DNA of 64,000 nt from an uncultured Candidatus Sumerlaeota bacterium (lineage in GTDB: Bacteria; Sumerlaeota; Sumerlaeia; UBA8349): positions 4,194,973 through 4,258,972 of the forward strand of contig OW818685.1 in NCBI GenBank assembly GCA_942493245.1, given 5' to 3'. The translations under genes and the position numbers were made by a program. Below, piece by piece: positions 57,827-64,000 of this stretch. The notes under the pieces were generated by a model. It saw nothing but the letters and a program-made list of their open reading frames with translations. It was not told the DNA's origin and did not search any database. Positions within the stretch are counted from its first letter, which is position 1, and each line of letters opens with the position of its first letter.

Positions 57827-58972
57827 TCACTTGGTCGCGCCCATTTTCTCGACCATTTTTTCCGTGTCGAGGAAGTCGTTCTGGATCGTGGAGACCTTCA
57901 TATCGCCCAGTTGCAGGGCCTTGATGGTTTGCAGGGCGACGTAGTTCGCGCCGCCTGAACCGCTGAGAGCCTGGGCTTTGAGCTGTTCGGCCTGGGCGGT
58001 GGTTTCGCGTTCCAACAGGTTGCCCTTGGCGATTTTTTCGGCGGCGTACAGGTCGGCTTCGGCGCGGGTCTGTGTGGCCGTGAACTGAGCCTCGGCGTTG
58101 ATCTTGGCGATCTTTTTATCCGTCTCGGCTTTCATGCCCACCAGCGCTGCGGTCATCTGTTCCTCGATAACGCCGACCAGCGCCCCGGTGTCGGCTGCGA
58201 TTTTATTGGTTTCCCCGCTCTTTTCCGCCTGCTGGGCGCGAGACTTGTTGAGTTCGACGTCCTGGTCGGCCAGTTTTTTCTGAAGGATCTTGGCCTCATA
58301 GGCGGGGTCAAACGAGATATCGCGCACCAGGAGGTCTATGAGTTCGATATTGCGGACGGACAGATCCTCCGTCAGGATCCTGGTCACCGCGTTGGCTTTC
58401 TCGATACGGACCAGCGGATCGTAGAACTCTTCGGTATTCATCTCGCCCATGATTCCGCGCACGACGTTCTGCACCTGGTCGCGCACGATGTTCTTGTAGC
58501 GGATCTCGTCGTTGAACTGTTGAAAAACTTTATGCGCGGCTCCGTCCATGATGCGGTACTTGACGGTCACGTCGAGGCGGACGGCATTGGCGTCCTTGGC
58601 TTTCACTTCGATCATCTCGGGACCTTCGGGCGCAACGGCTTCTTCAGGGGCAACCGTCCCTTGTACCCGGGAAAGCAAACTCAGGCCCTTGTAGATTTCC
58701 CGCTGGTGCGCGCGTTCCTCGGAGGTGGTAAACTGGATGGTCTGGACGGTGGCGTCAAAGACTTTCCAGGTGTCGAAGACGGGGAGTTTCCGGTGCCAGC
58801 CCGGACTGAAGTCTTTCTGCTCGACCCCTTTTTCGCCGAAAATGGCGTATTGACGGGTCCGGATGCCCACCTGGCCCACTTCGATACGGATCAGAAAGGT
58901 CTTGAAGACTAGGAACGTTCCGATAATCAGGATCGAAACGATCATACAGAATATCTTGAGAGGTTTCATCAT
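57827..58972 (-). CDS. SPFH/band-7 domain protein (HflK/HflC/prohibitin-like)
   Basis: N-terminal TM, then an SPFH core (...VKAKDANAVRLDVTVKYRI...), then a long coiled-coil tail. Confidence 0.75.
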   Translation of the reverse strand: MMKPLKIFCMIVSILIIGTFLVFKTFLIRIEVGQVGIRTRQYAIFGEKGVEQKDFSPGWHRKLPVFDTWKVFDATVQTIQFTTSEERAHQREIYKGLSLLSRVQGTVAPEEAVAPEGPEMIEVKAKDANAVRLDVTVKYRIMDGAAHKVFQQFNDEIRYKNIVRDQVQNVVRGIMGEMNTEEFYDPLVRIEKANAVTRILTEDLSVRNIELIDLLVRDISFDPAYEAKILQKKLADQDVELNKSRAQQAEKSGETNKIAADTGALVGVIEEQMTAALVGMKAETDKKIAKINAEAQFTATQTRAEADLYAAEKIAKGNLLERETTAQAEQLKAQALSGSGGANYVALQTIKALQLGDMKVSTIQNDFLDTEKMVEKMGATK

Positions 58973-58996
58973 GGCTGTTTCTTCCTTTCTGCCGGG

Positions 58997-60289
58997 TTAG
59001 CGGGCGGCTGCTTGCGGTTTGGGTTCCGGCGCTTTGAGTTCCGCCGGTTTGGGTTCCGGCACGGAGGACGGCATGGCCGACCGACCTTCCGCCGCGGCGG
59101 GCGGTTCCTCGATGTGAGAGAACCGCTCGGTCTGGCTGTTGATGATAAAGGGCTGTCCGGTCACGTTCATCTGTTGCAGGCGCTCGGCATATCCCAATTT
59201 CACGATGTTCCGGCCCCCTTCGCCCTGGAGGGCTTCCGCCATCTTTTTGGTTCCTTCGGCTTCGGTGGTGCCTTTGGCCAATACGGCCTTGGCGTTGTTT
59301 TCGCTCTTGATGTACTGGGCGTCGGCGTCGCGGAGGGTCTTGATGGCGTAGGACTCCGCTTCTTTGACAGCGCGGTCGGCCTGGGCCTCGGCGGACACGA
59401 CGAGTTTCTTCATCTCGCCCTCGTACGACTTGACCCGGACCTCTTTTTCCTTGGTAGCGCGGGTGGTGTTGACGATCTGGTCCTCACGCGCGGCGTTGGC
59501 TTTCGACATCTCTTCAAGTACGCCCTGGTCGGCCAGTTTTTTCTCCCGAACCTTCTTCAAATAATCCACGTGGAAGCGGAAGTCCTCAGCGATGACTTTG
59601 GTCACCATGATCCCGTGGGGATTGAGGCGTTTGTTCATCTCTTCCTGCGCTTCTGTCGCCTTCTTGTTTCGTTCGCTGGCGTTGTAGAATTGCTCGGTGG
59701 TCAGCTCGCCGTAGATGGTCCTGCAGATCGAGCGGGCGTAGTCGCGGACCCACTTGGTCTTGTACAGATCGCCGACGCCGGAGGATTTGATGACGTCCCC
59801 GAGCTGGTCGAGCATGATGATGTAGTTGATCGTCAGGTCCAGGAACACGTCGTTTCCGTCCGTGGTCTTGATACGCAAATCGTCCTGTCCCTTGCGCTCA
59901 CCTCGATCGGCGGCAGAGGTCATTTCCAGGCGCTGCTCGGTCTTGTCCATCACATAGAATGACGTGAGAATCCCGTTGTAGATGGTGGTTCCCGACTCGT
60001 TGATGGGGGTCACCTCGCCGGTCAGGTTGTTGACCCGAACGCCGATCTCGGACCCGGACACGCGCTGGATACGGATCGTGGCCAGAAGCGCCAGACAGGC
60101 CAGAAAGATGGTAAAGAGCAGCAACAGAATGGAACTGCGGAAATAACGAACGACATCTCCGATCGGAACTTTTGGAATCTTGATCCTCGGCGATAGTGGC
60201 GGACGTGGTGGTAATTGAGGCTCGTTTTCGAGCATGGTTCTGAATCCCCTTCCTGAAAGATAATCTATGGATACCCATCGCCCCCCCAC
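58997..60289 (-). CDS. SPFH/band-7 domain protein (second paralog)
   Basis: TM, SPFH core and an Ala/Glu/Lys-rich coiled-coil C-terminus. The start may be MLENE at about 60235. Confidence 0.7.
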   Translation of the reverse strand: MGGRWVSIDYLSGRGFRTMLENEPQLPPRPPLSPRIKIPKVPIGDVVRYFRSSILLLLFTIFLACLALLATIRIQRVSGSEIGVRVNNLTGEVTPINESGTTIYNGILTSFYVMDKTEQRLEMTSAADRGERKGQDDLRIKTTDGNDVFLDLTINYIIMLDQLGDVIKSSGVGDLYKTKWVRDYARSICRTIYGELTTEQFYNASERNKKATEAQEEMNKRLNPHGIMVTKVIAEDFRFHVDYLKKVREKKLADQGVLEEMSKANAAREDQIVNTTRATKEKEVRVKSYEGEMKKLVVSAEAQADRAVKEAESYAIKTLRDADAQYIKSENNAKAVLAKGTTEAEGTKKMAEALQGEGGRNIVKLGYAERLQQMNVTGQPFIINSQTERFSHIEEPPAAAEGRSAMPSSVPEPKPAELKAPEPKPQAAAR

Positions 60290-60461
60290 AGGGAGGGATG
60301 GGTCTTGTTCCCGTTGACGCGTTTCGATTCCCTGACACTGGCGCGTACAGGCGAAACGCTTTTTCCTACCTTGAAAACCGCAGGAAACTGATCGTGGCTA
60401 TTGTAACGAACGCCCGGACCGTATTACCACGAGAAAGCGGGACCGATTTATAGAACCCGGC

Positions 60462-61322
60462 TCAAAGATCCTCCTCGCCGTTGCGCTCCGGGGAATCTTC
60501 TTCCTCCTCTTCCTTGAGCGCCATGCGTTCCAAGGGCGAAAGTTCGGGAGGAGCCCTGAAAATCCACCAGAGCGCCAGGATGACCGCGATTGGAAGCACG
60601 ATCAGCACACATGGGATCGGCTGCAACATATCGAGAAAGAAGAGAAAGATCGCGACGATGAAGACCACGAACACCTTCATGATCTTGATCTCGAACTCAC
60701 ACTTGCGCGACGCCGGGTGGCTGCAGATGAAACGGTCGTGGCGCAGCCAGGCGTCGCGGGGATACGTCAGCGGCGGAAACTCATAGTGCGCCGATTTCTT
60801 CTCGAAATCCACCACGCAGCGCGCATGACCGCGCGCAGCCAGGTTTTTGAGCCGTTCCTTGAGCTGGCTCAGTGAAAGGCGCGTGAACCCCGCCAGCGAA
60901 GCCACGCGCAGCGGCCCGGACTGGCGCGAAGCCGCGCAGAGCAATTCATGTTCCCAGACGGCTTCGGCGGGCCAGTCCTCGCGTTTCGCCAGTTCGGTGA
61001 GTTCCGCTTCGAGTTCCCGCATGCAGGTATCGCACAGGGGCGACTTGCCCGCAAGAAGTTCGGGATTTCCGCAGGCCACGCAAACGTTTTTCTGCGGCGC
61101 TGCGGCGGGCGCATCGAGCAGTTCGGGGAACTCGTAGATCTGCCAGTCGTCTTCCCGGCGCGAAGTCAGGACGCTCCCGTCGGCCAACGCGTCGAGAATC
61201 CGTTCGATGAGGTCCAACGAAACGGGGAGATAGGGCATCAGGTGGTTGGCCATGACGCGGCCTCCCCGCGCGACCGCCAGCCGGGCGGCCAGGTTCTCCA
61301 CCGTACGCTTCAAGATGGACAT
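60462..61322 (-). CDS. Hypothetical protein with a zinc-ribbon (CxxC...CxxC) and a C-terminal TM plus acidic tail
   Basis: 286-aa coding portion from MSILKRTV. CVACGNPELLAGKSPLCDTC. ORF 60462..62642 has an implausible Arg-rich 440-aa extension overlapping tilS. Confidence 0.5.
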   Translation of the reverse strand: MSILKRTVENLAARLAVARGGRVMANHLMPYLPVSLDLIERILDALADGSVLTSRREDDWQIYEFPELLDAPAAAPQKNVCVACGNPELLAGKSPLCDTCMRELEAELTELAKREDWPAEAVWEHELLCAASRQSGPLRVASLAGFTRLSLSQLKERLKNLAARGHARCVVDFEKKSAHYEFPPLTYPRDAWLRHDRFICSHPASRKCEFEIKIMKVFVVFIVAIFLFFLDMLQPIPCVLIVLPIAVILALWWIFRAPPELSPLERMALKEEEEEDSPERNGEEDL

Positions 61323-61609
61323 GGGACTCCCTCGCTCTGAGTACCCCACCGGTTCGTTCCACAGGGACCGTGACCGTTCATGTGGTTTTCGGCGGACAAG
61401 CGCACGTCCGGATGAAACCGCCTCACTCCGGTGTGTACTGTACTCTTTCCTCTTGAATAGCACGAAGCGCGCCAGAATGCAAGCGCGAGATAACTGGTTT
61501 ATTGACAATAGATTGCGCGAGAAAGAGACAGGGGTGAAGAGGACTCTTGTTTGTGGAATTCGCCACGTGTTGGTGTGACAAGCCAGAAAGGGGAATGCGG
61601 AATCGGAAT

Positions 61610-62728
61610 TCAAGGCCCCCGGAAGATGCGCAGTTGCTCGTCGCGTGGGATGTCGCGGTGGGGTTTCTGCCAGGCCCAGAGGATTCCTTCCGGCGAAATC
61701 CAGACCACGATGTTGCGGGCGGTCTGCATCAGGCTGCCGGGCTGGGCGGTTCGTGCGAAGTTTTCCAGTTCGACAATCCGTTTCTCCTCGGGCGGGAAGG
61801 GGGTCTCGATCAGGCGCGACAGGAGCAGGCGAAGCAGGTAGGGGGCGAAGACGGCCTCGGGTTCTTCGCATAAAAGAGCCAGAGGCAATCCCACCCGGCG
61901 CGGGTCCGTGCGTTCGAGGAGGCGCGTCTGGTAGAGGTTCTCGATGTAGGCGTTCAACGCCCGATTTTCGCGTTCGAGGCGCCGGGCGGTTTGCGCCAGC
62001 ATGCGGGCGGCGGGCGGGTGGTCGGTGTGGCGCTCGAGACAGGGCAGAATCTCGTGGCGGACCCGGCAACGCAGGAAAGCCGGATCGGTGTTCATGGCGT
62101 CCTCGGCCCACTCGAGTCCGGCCAGGCGGGCCACCTGTTGCAGGTCGGCGCGGGACCAGTGGATCAGCGGACGGACGAGGCGCAGCCCGAGCACTTCCGC
62201 CTCGGGGCCGAACCCGCCCAGCCCGCGCAGGCCGCTGCCGCGCAGCAGGCGCATCAGAAAGGTCTCGGCCAGGTCGTCCTGATGGTGAGCCAGCGCAACG
62301 GCCTGACACCGCGAGCGGGTGGCCAAACCGCGCAGGGCGGCCAGCCGGGCCTCGCGCGCGGCATCCTCGAGAGAACCGTTCTTGCGGGCGTGGGCGTGGA
62401 TCTTTTCCGGGTCGAGTTGACGGGCGTGAAAGGGGACACCCAGAGTCCGGGCCAGTTCGCGCGCGAGTTCCTGGTCGGCATCGGCCTGAGCGCCCCGCAG
62501 GCCGTGGTTGACGTGGAACGCGACGATTTCGGGCGCCCAGGCGGGGCGGAGTTCCGGCACGGCGGTCAGCAGATAGAGCAGGGCCACGCTGTCGGCGCCT
62601 CCCGAAACGCCCACCCCGAGGCGTGCGACCCCGTCGAGCCAACGGGGCAATTCGGGCTGTCCCCAGAATCTTTGGATGAGCGTTTCGATGGAAACGGAAG
62701 GGGAGGCTTTGGACGGACGAGGGGTCAT
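61610..62728 (-). CDS. tilS: tRNA(Ile)-lysidine synthetase
   Basis: PP-loop GVSGGADSVALL. 372 aa. Confidence 0.75.
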   Translation of the reverse strand: MTPRPSKASPSVSIETLIQRFWGQPELPRWLDGVARLGVGVSGGADSVALLYLLTAVPELRPAWAPEIVAFHVNHGLRGAQADADQELARELARTLGVPFHARQLDPEKIHAHARKNGSLEDAAREARLAALRGLATRSRCQAVALAHHQDDLAETFLMRLLRGSGLRGLGGFGPEAEVLGLRLVRPLIHWSRADLQQVARLAGLEWAEDAMNTDPAFLRCRVRHEILPCLERHTDHPPAARMLAQTARRLERENRALNAYIENLYQTRLLERTDPRRVGLPLALLCEEPEAVFAPYLLRLLLSRLIETPFPPEEKRIVELENFARTAQPGSLMQTARNIVVWISPEGILWAWQKPHRDIPRDEQLRIFRGP

Positions 62729-62832
62729 CGGATGGTCGCTCTAATGGGCGTTTTCAAACCCCGGAACGTAAAGGTTTATATGGGGGATGCGCCTCACGGC
62801 GCCGGAGGGCCTCCCTTGCGTGGCCTTTTTGT

Positions 62833-63537
62833 TTATTCCGAACTTTCGAAACGCAGCGCGCCTTCTTTCAGGTACGCCCGCTGGTCGTAGCGCGCGGCCA
62901 GGGTGGTGTCGTGCGTCACGGTGACCAGGGTGGCGTTCTCGGTCTTCTGAAGATCGAGAAAACAGTCCGCCACGGCGTGCGCCGTCGTCTGGTCCAAGTT
63001 CCCGGTCGGTTCGTCGCACAGGAGCAGCGTGGGCGAACCGATCAGGGCGCGGGCGATGGCCACCCGTTGCCGTTCCCCTCCCGAGAGGCTCGAGGGGGTA
63101 TGCCCCATGCGCTCGCCCAGCCCCACCCGCTCCAGAAGACTCCGGGCGCGCGCCACGGCGGCGGTGTCGGGCCGGCCATACGCCAGCAGGGGCAGCAGCA
63201 CGTTCTCGAGCGCGGTGCATTGCGGGAGCAATTGGTGGTCCTGAAATACGAACCCGATTTCCCGATTCCGGAAACGCGCCAGTTCGGTTCCCGTCATGGC
63301 GAACGGATCGCGTCCCGCCAGACGGACTCGCCCTCGTGTCGGCGGCTCCAGTGTCCCCAGAATATGCAGCAGCGTGCTCTTGCCCGACCCCGACGGCCCC
63401 AGAATGGCCAGTGAGCGTCCGCGCTCGACTTCCAGGTGAACCGCGTCGAGAATGCAGAGCGTTTCGCCCCGGGCGGTTGGGTACTCTTTATACAGGTCGT
63501 GAACGGAAACCACCGGATCGGCGCAGGGAACGGTCAT
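62833..63537 (-). CDS. ABC transporter ATP-binding protein (LolD/MacB/FtsE-like)
   Basis: Walker A GPSGSGKSTLL, signature LSGGERQRVAIARAL, Walker B LLLCDEPTGNLD. Confidence 0.85.
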   Translation of the reverse strand: MTVPCADPVVSVHDLYKEYPTARGETLCILDAVHLEVERGRSLAILGPSGSGKSTLLHILGTLEPPTRGRVRLAGRDPFAMTGTELARFRNREIGFVFQDHQLLPQCTALENVLLPLLAYGRPDTAAVARARSLLERVGLGERMGHTPSSLSGGERQRVAIARALIGSPTLLLCDEPTGNLDQTTAHAVADCFLDLQKTENATLVTVTHDTTLAARYDQRAYLKEGALRFESSE

Positions 63538-64000
63538 TTGTCAAGCATCTCACGCATTTTGATCAACAGATCGTCGGGATTGTAGGGTTTGGGCATGACT
63601 TGCAGCCCCTGTTCGGCAATGAACTCGGTATGGAGCGAATCGGTGCTGTACCCGCTGCAGAAGAGAACCGGCATACTCGGAGCGATTTCGAGGATGCGTT
63701 CGTACACCACTCGCCCGCTCACCTTGGGCATCACCACATCCAGCACGGCAATGGCCACCTCGCCGACTTTTTCTTCCAGAATATCGAGCGCCTGCTGGCC
63801 ATCCTCGGCCACCAGCACGGTGTAACCCGAGCGTTTCAACACCCGGACGATCAGGCGGCGGACAATCTCATCGTCCTCGGCCAGCAGAACGGTTTCGGTT
63901 CCCTTGGGTGTCGTCACCTGGCGCCGGCTTCGCGTCGGCGCTTCCTGAGGCGCGCAGGCGGGCAGGTAGATCTCAAACTGAGTCCCCTGGCCCAACTCGC
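63534..64000 (-). CDS. C-terminal receiver (REC) domain of a hybrid sensor kinase. The 5' part of the gene lies outside the window.
   Basis: ...ELGQGTQFEIYLP (HATPase end) followed by a REC (VLLAEDDEIVRR...VLDVVMPKVSG...). The frame is open to the window edge. Confidence 0.65.
   Translation of the reverse strand, partial: ELGQGTQFEIYLPACAPQEAPTRSRRQVTTPKGTETVLLAEDDEIVRRLIVRVLKRSGYTVLVAEDGQQALDILEEKVGEVAIAVLDVVMPKVSGRVVYERILEIAPSMPVLFCSGYSTDSLHTEFIAEQGLQVMPKPYNPDDLLIKMREMLDK

Noticed and set aside
60462-62642. 726-aa minus-strand ORF
   Set aside because: Only the last 286 codons (60462-61322, from MSILKRTV) look protein-like. The N-terminal about 440 aa are Arg/Pro-rich and overlap tilS (61610-62728) on the same strand in another frame.

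Overview
High-GC (about 65%) bacterial chromosomal segment, densely coding, with many 4-nt start/stop overlaps (ATGA/GTGA) marking operons. No rRNA, tRNA or CRISPR array was seen. Coordinates taken from ORF-track arithmetic are exact; coordinates I read directly off the sequence lines may be off by 1-2 nt.

Content, 5' to 3':
- A KAS II (FabF-like) gene cut by the window edge, plus a KAS-like non-catalytic partner.
- M42 aminopeptidase.
- A DUF134 plus NifB/NifX-like gene pair behind a near-consensus sigma70 promoter.
- An ABC-2 exporter operon: one ATPase, two permeases and two unknown proteins.
- A NitT/TauT-type (sulfonate/taurine-like) ABC importer, convergent with cysD-cysNC (sulfate activation).
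- A large glycan biosynthesis/export cluster: big polytopic membrane protein, Wzm/Wzt ABC-2 exporter, two sulfotransferases, a sulfatase/alkaline-phosphatase-superfamily protein and three GT2 glycosyltransferases. Together with cysDN this looks like a sulfated glycoconjugate locus.
- ABM-monooxygenase (frameshifted) plus Fe-alcohol dehydrogenase, and a YbaK-like deacylase.
- An expanded phage-shock (Psp) envelope-stress locus: sigma54 activator pspF, divergent from pspA, then five tandem PspB-like small membrane proteins and pspC, with a clear -24/-12 promoter upstream of pspA.
- selA, a small membrane protein, pdxA, a hybrid histidine kinase, aconitase, an AMP-ligase, a CGGC protein with a giant FtsX-type permease, and a GAF histidine kinase.
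- A lipoprotein, a 7-haem c-type cytochrome lipoprotein and an orphan AddA-like helicase-nuclease.
- Two SPFH/band-7 proteins, a zinc-ribbon membrane protein, tilS, an ABC ATPase and the C-terminus of a hybrid sensor kinase at the window edge.

The intergenic space carries at least four families of small dispersed, structured repeats. These are a about 75-nt GC-hairpin/terminator-like element (3 copies), a MITE-like element with about 60-bp terminal inverted repeats (3 copies), REP-like GAAA-tetraloop hairpins (3 copies) and a CCGTGGG-N13-CCCACGG hairpin family showing compensatory base changes.

The most unusual system is the pspF / pspA-(pspB-like x5)-pspC locus. The sulfotransferase-rich glycan cluster next to cysDN is the second candidate.
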